The notes: generated by a model from the sequence alone, not told the origin. Shown: positions 36,921 through 47,241, numbered from the stretch's first letter. The stretch: 54,669 nt of DNA from an uncultured virus (IMG/VR IMGVR_UViG_3300042450_001219) (IMGVR_UViG_3300042450_001219); one strand, 5' to 3'. Program-made: numbers and translations.

Positions 36921-36946
36921 AAAGCCCCCAATTTCTTGGGGGCTTT
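36921..36946 (-). terminator. intrinsic terminator after the major tail gene
   Basis: Perfect 11-bp stem AAAGCCCCCAA / TTGGGGGCTTT with 4-nt loop. Confidence 0.8.
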
Positions 36947-36966
36947 GATATTAATTATTAATATAA

Positions 36967-37746
36967 TTAAACTTTTAGTACTCGGTCAATAATCTTACCG
37001 TATTCTGAACCTATGTGATCTTGCTCACCTGATGGTAGAAGACGGAATGTTACTGGAAATGTTGTTGCTGCTGTACGAGCCAAAGAGAACTGTGACTGCT
37101 CAACAGACAAAACACGACGTGCATAATATACACGCTCAGCTGCAGTTGCCTCTGATGTTGGGGCTTGTCCGACTGCAATTAGTTGACGCTCTGTTGGAGC
37201 TGAACCAAGTGCACCTGCTTCTAAGCCAAGGTGATCTTCTGCTGCTAGTCCTGTTAGAACTGCTTCTGGTGTTCCACCCTTTTTTTCTGTCAATGTGCTT
37301 GACTTCTGACCAAATACTGCAAGAACGTTCTCTAGAGTACCTTCTGCCATTTCTGTAGAAATTTGAACCTGCATAGCAGACTTAAATAGCTTAGCTGTAT
37401 CTAGCAACTGGTCAACAGTTACTGAGTCGTATGTTGGCTGATAGCTGATCTGAAGACCATTGTTTGTGTAACCTACGTTACGATATGCTGCTGCCAGTAC
37501 TCCACCTGCTTTATCTGGTGTTGCTGCATTTAAAGTATCTGTATAAGATACTCCTGATGCAAAAATTGGTACTAGTGTGGATGGTGCAACTCTTGCTGCT
37601 CCAGTTCCTGTTGCTGCTGTTCCAGCATTTGTTAAACCTGCTTCCATGCTATTGTCGTATCCTGGAGTTGTAGAATCGTCTACAGACAGGAATAGCGGTG
37701 AAGCTCCTACGAGAATATTCTTCTCATTACCGACTTTTTGTGCCAT
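36967..37746 (-). CDS. major tail (tube) protein
   Basis: NILVGASPLF, RNVGYTNNGLQISYQP, VDQLLD, TEMAEGTLEN, FPVTFRLLP; own promoter, AGGAGG RBS and terminator. Confidence 0.85.
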   Translation of the reverse strand: MAQKVGNEKNILVGASPLFLSVDDSTTPGYDNSMEAGLTNAGTAATGTGAARVAPSTLVPIFASGVSYTDTLNAATPDKAGGVLAAAYRNVGYTNNGLQISYQPTYDSVTVDQLLDTAKLFKSAMQVQISTEMAEGTLENVLAVFGQKSSTLTEKKGGTPEAVLTGLAAEDHLGLEAGALGSAPTERQLIAVGQAPTSEATAAERVYYARRVLSVEQSQFSLARTAATTFPVTFRLLPSGEQDHIGSEYGKIIDRVLKV

Positions 37747-37819
37747 GATGTATTGCCTCCTGATTTCATATGAAATTAATATATATATTTTGGCTGGCTA
37801 GGCCCTTTCCTCTGTTCTA

Positions 37820-37848
37820 ATTTTACTCTACTATATTATAAAAGGCAA
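37820..37848 (-). promoter_or_regulatory. promoter for the major tail gene
   Basis: TTGCCT-N17-TAAAAT. Confidence 0.6.
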
Positions 37849-37849
37849 A

Positions 37850-38359
37850 CTAGGCAAACCTGCCCTGGCCATTTGTTATTCTTGAATATTTGACCTCTAA
37901 TATTACATCTGCAGCATAGAATCCTTGGATTTCTTCTGATGGGGCTGTAGATGATATGTCTGCTATGTGGATACTATGGAACTTGAATTTATCTGATAAC
38001 CCCGCCCATTTATTGACATCCCTTGCAGACTCATCCATTCTTCTAAACTCATCAGTTAGGAAGTTTCTTATCTCAACAATATCAAGGAGATCTGGTGAAT
38101 ATAGGGTTAATAGAATCTGTTCGCAGCATATCATCCAGTTGTTCTCATAAGACATTCCTATCTTGTCGTAAACTATGTGCTTCTTTCCGCTCAAGAACTG
38201 ATTCATCTCTGGCTGTTGCTGGACTGGAACAATTGGGACAAGTGTCTCATTTAGATTGTCTGAATAGTAGTCTTCTTGATTGAATATATTAAGTGCTGTA
38301 AGTCTGCTCCACAGGAACTTTCTTATTTCAAACATTGCATCTAATTTATAATTAGCCAT
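37850..38359 (-). CDS. tail terminator / completion protein
   Basis: Synteny (directly before the major tail gene) and size. Confidence 0.6.
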   Translation of the reverse strand: MANYKLDAMFEIRKFLWSRLTALNIFNQEDYYSDNLNETLVPIVPVQQQPEMNQFLSGKKHIVYDKIGMSYENNWMICCEQILLTLYSPDLLDIVEIRNFLTDEFRRMDESARDVNKWAGLSDKFKFHSIHIADISSTAPSEEIQGFYAADVILEVKYSRITNGQGRFA

Positions 38360-39143
38360 GTGCTAACCTCGCAAAAGCTGCTGATGTAGCGGCCTCGGCT
38401 TCACTTGCTAATTGATTTGCCGAGAAACTATATTTAACTGATTTAACTTGTGCTGGTACACCTAGCGCTCTAGACAATGATGAATTAAATAATCTCTGGA
38501 ATCCAGATTTTTTTATAGACATATTGACTAGCTGTCCAGTAAAGAAATATCTATACTGTGCAAAGAAGGCGTTTTTGGTTGCCGCCCCTCCTGGTTTTCT
38601 AACAGTAACGGATTCGCCTTTTGGCATAAATATTGTGTATCCGTCTACATCAAATACCAGCCTTTCAGAAAATCTTGGCCTTATGACTACAGTCTTTCCC
38701 TCTTCCATAACAGAAGCTTTTTTTACAAAGACGTGTTTATTGTTAGAGTTTTCAGATGGTACAAAAGACTTTGAGTCAGTTAGTTCGTAATTAATTTTTA
38801 ATGATAGTCCATCTGCAGGAAGCTTATTTAATTTAAATAGTCTTGCCTCGCTATCTCCTACTCTTCCCCATTCGTAAACATGGTGAAAAGATTTTGGAGA
38901 TGTTCTTGCTTTTGCGTCTATATAGTCTGCAAAGTCGATCTGAACCTGATCAAATATTACACTTCTAAATGCTGATTGGAATTGCGGATTAGCAGCTAGT
39001 TTAGCCATTACATTTGTTTTATAGAACAATGCAGCAGATATTTGTGCAACTGTACTATCTTTTATTGCACCACTTACTGGCTTATTAGTCATTAAATTAA
39101 CTAATCCGCTTGCTGCTTTAATCGCTAAAATTTCAGACGCCAA
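38352..39143 (-). CDS. neck / tail completion protein (putative)
   Basis: Synteny; HHVYEW motif. Confidence 0.55.
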   Translation of the reverse strand: MASEILAIKAASGLVNLMTNKPVSGAIKDSTVAQISAALFYKTNVMAKLAANPQFQSAFRSVIFDQVQIDFADYIDAKARTSPKSFHHVYEWGRVGDSEARLFKLNKLPADGLSLKINYELTDSKSFVPSENSNNKHVFVKKASVMEEGKTVVIRPRFSERLVFDVDGYTIFMPKGESVTVRKPGGAATKNAFFAQYRYFFTGQLVNMSIKKSGFQRLFNSSLSRALGVPAQVKSVKYSFSANQLASEAEAATSAAFARLAHG

Positions 39144-39558
39144 TTTGCTGATTCTCCGCTCTTTGCAATGAAGAGTTATATCCTACAACATTTCCAAATG
39201 GATCTGATATTGGTGTAGTTCCAACAACATCAAAAACTGTATCTGTATCGCTTGGATAGTTTAACTCATACCAGATAGGCTTTCCATTTACATCCCTAAT
39301 GTTTTTAACTTTATCTCTTGCAGTTAATCTGTCAGATGTTCTAGCCTCAATATACTGGTTATTTGAATACTTATTTGAAAACTTCTGACTATCGTTAGAC
39401 CTATTTCTGCTTTCGGTAATTACTCCTCTAGCATAGCAATCAATTGTTTTTATAAAAGAAAACTCTCTTATCATTGCACCAGTATCTTTATCCTGCTGCT
39501 CAGTTTGTCGATATACGTCCATCTTCATTGTCATGAGGCCGTCTACTAAATCAAACAT
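39133..39558 (-). CDS. head closure / stopper protein (putative)
   Basis: Synteny; beta-rich 141 aa. Confidence 0.6.
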   Translation of the reverse strand: MFDLVDGLMTMKMDVYRQTEQQDKDTGAMIREFSFIKTIDCYARGVITESRNRSNDSQKFSNKYSNNQYIEARTSDRLTARDKVKNIRDVNGKPIWYELNYPSDTDTVFDVVGTTPISDPFGNVVGYNSSLQRAENQQIGV

Positions 39559-40541
39559 TACACCAGAACCATTTGTGTTATTACATAGTCTGCAAGTAGC
39601 TTGTCTGCATATGAGGAGCCAGTTCCACTAAATGCTTCTGAAGAATATTCAAAGTCCCAATCTGTTGTGGAAACCTTTTTAACATATCTGTCTTTCCAAA
39701 CACGATCTTTTGCAAAGTACATCTTCATTATTTCTACAGCTGCGTCACGAACCTCATTTGGAACATACTCCCAACCAAATCTAGCGTAGACTTTATAATT
39801 CTTAGACCTTCTAAATATATCTGGAGAAGAGTCGTGAATTGATGGAGGGACCATTCCGTTAGCTATATAAACATCATTGTCTAAAATAGACGCTATGTTT
39901 ACCTTTAATCCAAAGCCGCTTGTCGTGATATCAATAGTAAGGCCTAGGTTATTAACTTCATTTAAATTATCGATAAGGATCTGATCATTTGCGTGAAGAG
40001 TATGCAATCTATTTATCTTTTTAGTAAGAGGCATAGTGTCAGAATCATTTCCTACTGAAGAAAAATAATCATCGTGTAGGAAAAATTTTTGACCAGTGTA
40101 CCCATCAATTATATTTCTTGCATATCTTTCAGCAAGCTTGAGCTCTTGATATGTCTTATGGTTTGGATCATTTGAATCTGATCCCAATCCCATTTCTTGT
40201 GCAGCCTCCTGTATATCTACATAAGGTGTTACAATATCAAGCATAGTTGTATTAGAATAAGAAGATCCTTCATATTGCCATTCCCATACCAACTTGAACT
40301 TTCTTGATCTTGCTGTGTACGAGATAGGTAGATAAACTTTGTATGACCCTATATCAACTTCGCTTTGCTCCGCCGTAAGAGTTGTAAGTATTGATGTTGA
40401 ATTAATTGGTGGAGATATAACTGGATCGCCAGTTATGTCATAAACTTTGACAGTTACTGGAGAGCTAAGTGTTACAGCCTCACCCTTTACATAAATCTTT
40501 GTTGTTGCAGGTGTGCTTGTGTTTACATATATCTCTGCCAT
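39558..40541 (-). CDS. head-tail adaptor with extra N-terminal beta domain
   Basis: AERYARNIIDGYTGQKF and FGWEYVPNEVRDAA adaptor motifs; TGSSYADKLLADY C-terminus. Confidence 0.7.
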   Translation of the reverse strand: MAEIYVNTSTPATTKIYVKGEAVTLSSPVTVKVYDITGDPVISPPINSTSILTTLTAEQSEVDIGSYKVYLPISYTARSRKFKLVWEWQYEGSSYSNTTMLDIVTPYVDIQEAAQEMGLGSDSNDPNHKTYQELKLAERYARNIIDGYTGQKFFLHDDYFSSVGNDSDTMPLTKKINRLHTLHANDQILIDNLNEVNNLGLTIDITTSGFGLKVNIASILDNDVYIANGMVPPSIHDSSPDIFRRSKNYKVYARFGWEYVPNEVRDAAVEIMKMYFAKDRVWKDRYVKKVSTTDWDFEYSSEAFSGTGSSYADKLLADYVITQMVLV

Positions 40542-40550
40542 TTGTTAGGC

Positions 40551-40949
40551 TTAGTTGTAGTACTCCTGTACTTCTCTAGGGGTAGCTAGTCTAAACCCTT
40601 CCTCCTTATCAAAAATTTCTTGCGCCACATCGGGCTTCATTGCTACAAATGGATGATCTCTTGTAAATGTGAAGCCTAGGGCATCATATCTAGCATTTGG
40701 TCTGTCCATCTTTACTAGAATCATATCTTCATCAAGTTTTTGATTTGGATCCAGTCTAGGAAGAATCTCATCTGCATCTTCTTTTGCGCTTTCAATATTC
40801 TTGAGTGTCCCTTGGTAAACTGACCAAGTAACTCCCTCTTCTGCAAGTGCCGCAATTACATCTGCTTTATTTTTTAGTCCATCGACATCAACTGCAAAGT
40901 TTGCTGCTAATGTCTTTAGATCCTTGACCTTAAGTGTGTCAAATGACAT
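40551..40949 (-). CDS. hypothetical protein with N-terminal Rho-N/HeH-like domain
   Basis: TLKVKDLKTLAANFAVDVDGLKNKADVIAAL helix-extension-helix pattern. Confidence 0.65.
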   Translation of the reverse strand: MSFDTLKVKDLKTLAANFAVDVDGLKNKADVIAALAEEGVTWSVYQGTLKNIESAKEDADEILPRLDPNQKLDEDMILVKMDRPNARYDALGFTFTRDHPFVAMKPDVAQEIFDKEEGFRLATPREVQEYYN

Positions 40950-40974
40950 ATATACTCCTTTGGTATGTATATAA

Positions 40975-40983
40975 ATTATAGCA
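40975..40983 (-). promoter_or_regulatory. extended -10 promoter after the capsid terminator
   Basis: TGCTATAAT upstream of an AAGGAG RBS. Confidence 0.55.
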
Positions 40984-40999
40984 CTAGAAAATTAAAATG

Positions 41000-41025
41000 A
41001 AAAGCCCCCAAAATTAATTGGGGGC
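41000..41025 (-). terminator. intrinsic terminator after the major capsid gene
   Basis: GCCCCCAA / TTGGGGGC stem followed on the minus strand by TTTTCATTTT. Confidence 0.85.
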
Positions 41026-41049
41026 CTTTCCAGCAAGTTATTTCTTAAA

Positions 41050-42099
41050 TTAAGAAGCAACCTTAACGTCTTTTACGACTACCCATGCATCTGCCTGCTC
41101 AATTTGGGTACCAACACGAGTATACATTGTATATTCGATTGAGTCCTTCTTTGGCCAGAAGAAGCGGTAAACAGTTACATCACGCTTGATACCAATAACA
41201 ACGTTATTTGGGAATGTCAAGTGGACGTCTCCGTGCTCTCCTGTTGGTGTTGCATATGAACCAGTCTGAGTTTCTTTTAGTAGCGGAACTTCAACAATTG
41301 GAATACCAAATGCGAATGGTGCTACATACCCTGCTGGACCACCTAGACCACCCTGGTCACCACGGATAATGCTTGAAGCAATATCTTGTGGGTTGACGTT
41401 CTGGATGTTCTGTGATGTTGAGTACAAGTAGTCTTGAATTAGGTTTGAGCCTGCAAGGAAGCGTAGGTCTGGACGACGCTGCTTGTACTTACGTGGCATT
41501 GCCTTAAGAGCCTTATTGAAGATGTCACGGGAAATTACTGCACCCGCTCCAGCTACTACGTGGCCGTTTGCCTTTGCAATCTTAACAACACCGTCGAATG
41601 ACTTATAAAGTGCATCTCCAGTTAGAGCTGTGTTACCGTTAAGAACTACGTCCTCAAGGTCGTTACCAGCCTGTGTTGCCATAAGTCTTGCGATGTGATC
41701 TTCTAGATCTGCACCTTCAATGTTGTCTTCTAGAGACTCAGTTGAAAGCTCCCAATCTAGGCGAAGCTTCTTTGTTGTGAGAGAAATCTTTGAGAACTGT
41801 ACGGCTGCATTTGTGCCAGTGTTCTCTGCTTCAGCTGCAAGCTTCATAAGCTTCTCACCGACGCCAATACGATCAATCTCTGTAGTGTCAGCTCTCATTC
41901 GAACTGTACGTGCTACCTTACCGATTACTGTTGCATCGAACATGTAATCGAGGAATCTTGCGGATTGCTCAGGATTGAGCAAGCCTCCCTTACCCTCGGA
42001 ACCTACGTGAATTCCGTCGGTAGGGTTTGCTGCGCCAGTCATTCCACCTGTTAGTGTTGTGCCTGCTTCAGCTGCTTTTGCTAATAGTTCATTACTCAT
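41050..42099 (-). CDS. major capsid protein (HK97 fold)
   Basis: GGLLNPEQSARF, LSTESLEDNIEG, AGNDLEDVVLNG, FGIPIVEVP; follows protease/scaffold. Confidence 0.92.
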   Translation of the reverse strand: MSNELLAKAAEAGTTLTGGMTGAANPTDGIHVGSEGKGGLLNPEQSARFLDYMFDATVIGKVARTVRMRADTTEIDRIGVGEKLMKLAAEAENTGTNAAVQFSKISLTTKKLRLDWELSTESLEDNIEGADLEDHIARLMATQAGNDLEDVVLNGNTALTGDALYKSFDGVVKIAKANGHVVAGAGAVISRDIFNKALKAMPRKYKQRRPDLRFLAGSNLIQDYLYSTSQNIQNVNPQDIASSIIRGDQGGLGGPAGYVAPFAFGIPIVEVPLLKETQTGSYATPTGEHGDVHLTFPNNVVIGIKRDVTVYRFFWPKKDSIEYTMYTRVGTQIEQADAWVVVKDVKVAS

Positions 42100-42116
42100 T
42101 AGTTTTCACCATACCC

Positions 42117-43436
42117 TTATTTTGTTAATTCGCTAACGGAACCGAGGAAAGTGCCGTTCCATTTTGATTTTTTGATTGTTGTTACTCCAACTGACCCGCC
42201 AAGGTCAGAGGACTTCTTAATTGCAGTGTCTGATTCTACTGCGTCTACTCTTTTTTCAACTGTGTCCATGATGGACTTGATTGAATCAACTGCTGTTGAG
42301 AGTTCTGTGTGCTTTTCTGCTAATTCTGAAATTCTCAAATCGACATTCTTGCTAAAAGCTTCGACTGTCTCCTTGATTGTTGAAACCTGAGCAGCGTTTG
42401 CCTCAGAGGCCTTTTCCAAAGTCTCTGAGAAGAAACCCTTAAGGTCGCCTAGCATTTTAACAAAGTCAGGTGATTCCTGAGTTGTTAGTTCTGCTGATTT
42501 TTCCAGAACTTCGGCAGAAGTTTCTTCAGCTACAACTTCAGCAGACTCTTGTTCTACTGGGGCAACTTCTTCAATAATTTCTGCAGGTGCTTCTGGAGCC
42601 ACTGCTTCTTCTACTACTGGAGTTGCTTCTGTTACATTAAGCTTTTCCACTTCATTTCCTCCTTCTGCAATTGCCATATTTATATTTGTGTTGTCAGGCA
42701 ATGTTTGCAATCTTGATCTACGTGAATCAAGAATCTTCTCTATTTCTTTTCCTTTGTTTACGTCGTTTGATTCTACCCATCCAATGAGTTCTGTTTTTTT
42801 ACCAGTAACTGGAGATATGTATTCTGATTCTGTTGACATAAATACAGAATCACTTTCTGCACAATAAAAAATATTTTCCATTTTAACATCTGCTGCGATG
42901 CCTTTAAAAATCATTTGTCCATTTACTTTTTCAATAGATAAAATGTTACATAGTTCATTTGCTGGTGAATCAACGATTGATAGTTCAACTAGTGCATAGT
43001 CTTTAATAAACCTTACTGATGCTCCTGTTGATTTGTTTACTTCGTTATCTGATTCAATAATCTTTCCGCCGATGGAAAATCCTGTTAGTGTTCCGTCTAG
43101 AACCTTTTCCCAAGTATCTTGAGCGCCCTTAGAAATGTATGCATCAACGTAAACACCATTGTAAAATTCTTTTGTTGCAGGGTCATAAAAAGTTTCTGGT
43201 CTAAATGATGCTACCTTGCCAACTGCAAGTGGCTGATGCATTTCTCTTAGATTACCTCTAAAGCTTTCGAACGCTTTCATGCTAGCTTCTTGAGTAACGA
43301 CATCACCAGTCTGATCCAGGTTATCTAATGTTGCGAATCCTGAGACTGTTCTTTTCTCTCTATTGACCTTCGTAAATGGAACTGATAAATTAATAGCATT
43401 TCCATTAGAAGACCAATGTGACTTTTCTATGATCAT
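42117..43436 (-). CDS. prohead protease fused to acidic scaffold-like C-terminus
   Basis: RTVSGFATLDNLDQTGD, LREMH, GTLTGFSIGG, ELSIVDSPAN; Glu/Ala-rich and coiled-coil C-terminal half. Confidence 0.9.
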   Translation of the reverse strand: MIIEKSHWSSNGNAINLSVPFTKVNREKRTVSGFATLDNLDQTGDVVTQEASMKAFESFRGNLREMHQPLAVGKVASFRPETFYDPATKEFYNGVYVDAYISKGAQDTWEKVLDGTLTGFSIGGKIIESDNEVNKSTGASVRFIKDYALVELSIVDSPANELCNILSIEKVNGQMIFKGIAADVKMENIFYCAESDSVFMSTESEYISPVTGKKTELIGWVESNDVNKGKEIEKILDSRRSRLQTLPDNTNINMAIAEGGNEVEKLNVTEATPVVEEAVAPEAPAEIIEEVAPVEQESAEVVAEETSAEVLEKSAELTTQESPDFVKMLGDLKGFFSETLEKASEANAAQVSTIKETVEAFSKNVDLRISELAEKHTELSTAVDSIKSIMDTVEKRVDAVESDTAIKKSSDLGGSVGVTTIKKSKWNGTFLGSVSELTK

Positions 43437-43445
43437 ATGTTATAT

Positions 43446-43474
43446 ATTATAGAGATTGTTGTATCAAAAGGCAA
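43446..43474 (-). promoter_or_regulatory. promoter for protease/capsid genes
   Basis: TTGCCT-N17-TATAAT, 9 nt before the ATG; shares TTTGCCTTTT with the major tail promoter. Confidence 0.65.
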
Positions 43475-43492
43475 ATAAGTAGTTGAGTAGGA

Positions 43493-45073
43493 CTAGTTGA
43501 CTTGTCTTCCATCCCCTTTTGCATTTCTGCCCTCCCCAGATTTATCTGGGGAATTTGCTGATCTCTCTTGGTCACGAGTTCTACTTTGAGTAGCCTGAGC
43601 CTTAATTTCGGCTGCCTGGGCTGCAAGGTCTACTGGGACATCTCCACCTTCTCGTGGGACCATTCCCATTCTTACTCTAATTTCATTTGGAGTAATTACC
43701 TGGAATCTAAGATATCTTTCATCTATTTTAGACTGAGTATCTGCATCTGTTAGAGAAAGTTCATTGAACTTTAGATCCATTGCATCAGTCATTTCTTGAA
43801 TTATTTTACTTAGCTTTTTTTCTAGATTTTGTTGTGCTGGAAGACAAACTTGCTCTTTAAATGTCTTATCTGCGTCTCTAGCTGCAGCCAGGTTAATCCC
43901 TGCGGGGGTGCCAATTTTATTAATTGGTACTCTGTGAGCCATTAATATTTCATCTCTATTTGAATTCCTATACTTTTCAAATGAGCCTTCTTGCGCCCCT
44001 GCTTCAATTGGCTCCATTTTAAATTCAGTTTTTGAGTCTGGGGAGTCTGGTGGAAGTGGTATATATAAAGATCTGTGGTTCTTTCCCTTTAATCCGACCT
44101 GGAAAAATTCAAGCAATTTTCTTTCAGATTCTGGAGAAAGCTTTGCTCCCTTTACTGTAATAATGTATCGAGGGACCGCTTTATTTTCAAAATAATCTAA
44201 GTTATATTTACCAGCAAATTCGTTTCCAGCCATTGCATTTTGTGCAGCAATTATATCTGGGATTCCATAATAGTTATTTTTTGGTGTGTACTTTTTTAAA
44301 TGAATAATTTCGTTAGGTCTATCTTCTTGTCCTGCTATAGGGTTTATTGTTTCTGTATCCCCAAAGTTTCTAAAGAATACAGCCTTGCCGTAAAGAAGCT
44401 GTATAAAACCGTCTCTAAGGCGTCTCACACGCATTGTCTTTGAGGGTATGTGGCCAATGTACCCAATCTTTCCATTCGTCGTTCTACCGACCTCCAGATA
44501 GCCATTACCAGTAGCCTCTACGTCAGTATAGAACTTAATAAGTGTTTCTTTAAAAGTTTCATCTTCGTTACAATCTTCAAGCCATTTATGCAAGTCTTGC
44601 TTAATTCTATTCAGCTTCTTACGTGCTCTTTCTAATTGCTTTTCATCATTAATTTCATCTAAGGCATCCGTTGTCTTTTTTGATTCAATAAAATCAAATC
44701 CAAGACCGACTATGTTTGCTACCTTTGCATTTATAGCAGCGTAGTTGTATGGAGAAATTTCATAAATTGTTGATAGATAATCTAAGTTGTATTCTGGTTG
44801 AATTAGATCAAACGTAGCGTACCCGCTAACTGCTTGTTGATGTTGAAGCTGCTGGCTTACTGCGCCGTCTTTTCCAACAAAAGATTTTTGCAGATCTCTA
44901 GAAACTTTTCTTCTAAATGAAGCTCCCAGTCCTGAAAGCTTTAAAATATCTTCGCCCTCTATATCAAATAGATCGTCTGATTTTTGAGTGGTTGGATTAT
45001 TAAATCTCATCCAGTCCGCCACGTTAGAAACCTCTATGTTATTAATAAGCATATCGTCTTCATTCTCAATCAT
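43493..45073 (-). CDS. portal protein (PBSX/HK97 family)
   Basis: TGNGYLEV, EIIHLK, YYGIPD, YFENKAVP, ILMAHRVP, ITPNEIR. Confidence 0.93.
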   Translation of the reverse strand: MIENEDDMLINNIEVSNVADWMRFNNPTTQKSDDLFDIEGEDILKLSGLGASFRRKVSRDLQKSFVGKDGAVSQQLQHQQAVSGYATFDLIQPEYNLDYLSTIYEISPYNYAAINAKVANIVGLGFDFIESKKTTDALDEINDEKQLERARKKLNRIKQDLHKWLEDCNEDETFKETLIKFYTDVEATGNGYLEVGRTTNGKIGYIGHIPSKTMRVRRLRDGFIQLLYGKAVFFRNFGDTETINPIAGQEDRPNEIIHLKKYTPKNNYYGIPDIIAAQNAMAGNEFAGKYNLDYFENKAVPRYIITVKGAKLSPESERKLLEFFQVGLKGKNHRSLYIPLPPDSPDSKTEFKMEPIEAGAQEGSFEKYRNSNRDEILMAHRVPINKIGTPAGINLAAARDADKTFKEQVCLPAQQNLEKKLSKIIQEMTDAMDLKFNELSLTDADTQSKIDERYLRFQVITPNEIRVRMGMVPREGGDVPVDLAAQAAEIKAQATQSRTRDQERSANSPDKSGEGRNAKGDGRQVN

Positions 45074-45414
45074 TTTTTACCACCATTCAGCTTAGCCATC
45101 TCTTCTTTATGTACACTAATATCTAAAGGATCTGGAGTAAGTCCCCATCTTAATCTTTGCTTTTGATACTCAAACTCTTCGTCGTCAATTTGTCTACTTC
45201 CTTCAATAAACTTAGGCTGGCCGACGTCAATTCCATAGTGAGCAACTGCTGATGCTAGCAGAGCAATTCTTTCTTTATTACCAATCATTGATGCTATTGA
45301 TAGGAAGTTGTTGTCTTCATCTCCAACCCATCTGCCATCTGGCATCTCCCAGACATAAACACCCAATCTGGTATCCCCAGATTTCATTTGAGCATTAATT
45401 CTTTTTATGTCCAT
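45070..45414 (-). CDS. hypothetical protein (114 aa)
   Basis: ORF track; ATGA overlap with the portal start. Confidence 0.75.
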   Translation of the reverse strand: MDIKRINAQMKSGDTRLGVYVWEMPDGRWVGDEDNNFLSIASMIGNKERIALLASAVAHYGIDVGQPKFIEGSRQIDDEEFEYQKQRLRWGLTPDPLDISVHKEEMAKLNGGKK

Positions 45415-45422
45415 AGTTAATT

Positions 45423-45451
45423 ATTTTACCATTCTTATATACATAAGTCCA
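45423..45451 (-). promoter_or_regulatory. promoter, probably leaderless transcript
   Basis: TGGACT-N17-TAAAAT (TGGTAAAAT), 8 nt before the ATG at 45414. Confidence 0.55.
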
Positions 45452-45477
45452 GCTTTTTGTCACTCAACCTGACAAAA

Positions 45478-47241
45478 TTACAGAGTTTGGAACACTACCC
45501 TGTCTCTTGAGTATGTTGACACAGGCCCTTGTGTCATTGACATTGACGATCCTTGCCCAACAGATAAAGATTTGCCTATATAAAGGTCATAATGCTCTTG
45601 GTGGCTAATTGATGGATCTTGGTACAGTGCAATATTCTGATACTGGTTATCGTCAAGGACTCCAGACCTTACTCCTAAAAGCTGCTTGCCATTAAACCAA
45701 ATGGGTCCAGTTATTGTTGAAGCTGTTTTTATTAATATATAATTTGGCTCACCTATATATAAATAAGAAGATATGTTTGTTGCCGAAGAAATGTCCTGAC
45801 CATTTACGTATACATTGCTAATATTAGATTTTGATATTGCCCCTCCTGCCGCCCAAGAAAACGATGTTTCTACTTCTCCAGTTTTATTAAATATAAGGTT
45901 ACCACTAGATAATGATTTTGGAGTAAGTATCATTTCAATGTTTCTAACATCCTCTACTGAGTTTATAAAAAATGCTGAAGATTTTGGCCTTATTCCATTA
46001 TCAGAGCTTCTGGTTCTAATTGGATATTTATTGTTTGATACATCAAAGTCCCAAGTGCTCCCAATAGTTGGTTGCGAAGTAGCCAATGTGCTTCCTCCAT
46101 TATGAGAAAACACTTTCTTTTCAGAATGGAAGTAAATTTTTAAAGAGTAAAGCTCTGGCAAGTAAATGTCTGAGTTTGTAGAGGTAAACACAAATTTAAA
46201 ATATAGTATTTTATTTGAAGAAAATCCAGAACCTTGAGAAAATCCTGGTATAGATGATCCATTTACACACGGTGTCCAGGGGCCAGATTCAGATGTTTCT
46301 GATACATATACTGAAACTCCTTTTGAAGATACCCACTCTATACTTGAAGATACATATTGATTTGTAATGTTTAAAACTAGATCTTCTATAAACTCTCCGC
46401 TAGTAAATCCTGAATTTAAATAAATACTGTTATTCTTTTGGCTATATGACAATGCTGCATTATCGTATACAAGGTCTCTCCAGGGTACCTGAACGGGATA
46501 AACATATTTTGTTGCTATGTCTTGATATCTTTCTGCCCCTATAAATAACTCACCTAACTCTGGAACTGCAACCTGCTCATCATTATTTAAAAATAAATTA
46601 TTGTAATGCGATAATATTGAATTTCCAGAAAGAGCATATCTGTAAACTGCTGGACAGTCAATTATAAAATGTTCTCCTGCTGGGGCTGGCCCAGATGATA
46701 ACGTTATGCTTGGATTTGTAAAAGATATAGATATGGGCTTGCTTTCAACCAAAACTCCATCTATATACAAACTCATTGAGCTTACAGAGTATACTCCAAC
46801 AACATGAAGCACTCTGCTTGGATTAGGGACAGAGTAATCAAGTCTTTCATTTTCTAATTTAAAAACTACGTTGCCGTTGTCCCAATATAAACCAATTCCA
46901 TCTATATCTGCAAATATTGGAGTTATAGATGTTAGCGTTTTTGGATGAAACCATGCTTCAAGCGTAAAGTCGTTGTCGTAGGTTGATGGGGTTCCAAATC
47001 CTCCCGTGCCAGTAGTTCCAGAAAAATCTTTTGAAATGACAAACTGAATTGATTTAGTGCTATCTATTTTATTTGAATGCCGACCTCCAGAGACTATTGG
47101 CATTCCAGATATCTCAATTCCACCCACATAAGATCCATTGTTACCGCACCCAGAAATATCGTAGGCAACAGAGCCAGAAGTCTCATCAAGCTTCCATAGT
47201 CCCGTAGGAAAATCTTTTATTGTAGAAAGGTAGTATGACAT
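45478..47241 (-). CDS. LamG / concanavalin A-like domain protein (587 aa), probable virion protein
   Basis: WKLDETSGSVAYDISG.GNNG, FTLEAWF, HVVGVY...LYIDGVLV, AVYRYALS. Confidence 0.8.
   Translation of the reverse strand: MSYYLSTIKDFPTGLWKLDETSGSVAYDISGCGNNGSYVGGIEISGMPIVSGGRHSNKIDSTKSIQFVISKDFSGTTGTGGFGTPSTYDNDFTLEAWFHPKTLTSITPIFADIDGIGLYWDNGNVVFKLENERLDYSVPNPSRVLHVVGVYSVSSMSLYIDGVLVESKPISISFTNPSITLSSGPAPAGEHFIIDCPAVYRYALSGNSILSHYNNLFLNNDEQVAVPELGELFIGAERYQDIATKYVYPVQVPWRDLVYDNAALSYSQKNNSIYLNSGFTSGEFIEDLVLNITNQYVSSSIEWVSSKGVSVYVSETSESGPWTPCVNGSSIPGFSQGSGFSSNKILYFKFVFTSTNSDIYLPELYSLKIYFHSEKKVFSHNGGSTLATSQPTIGSTWDFDVSNNKYPIRTRSSDNGIRPKSSAFFINSVEDVRNIEMILTPKSLSSGNLIFNKTGEVETSFSWAAGGAISKSNISNVYVNGQDISSATNISSYLYIGEPNYILIKTASTITGPIWFNGKQLLGVRSGVLDDNQYQNIALYQDPSISHQEHYDLYIGKSLSVGQGSSMSMTQGPVSTYSRDRVVFQTL

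Noticed and set aside
37747..37819. Possible structured RNA in the major tail gene leader (GGAAAGGGCCTAGCCAGCC)
   Set aside because: GC-rich patch but no convincing stem or known family recognisable by eye.
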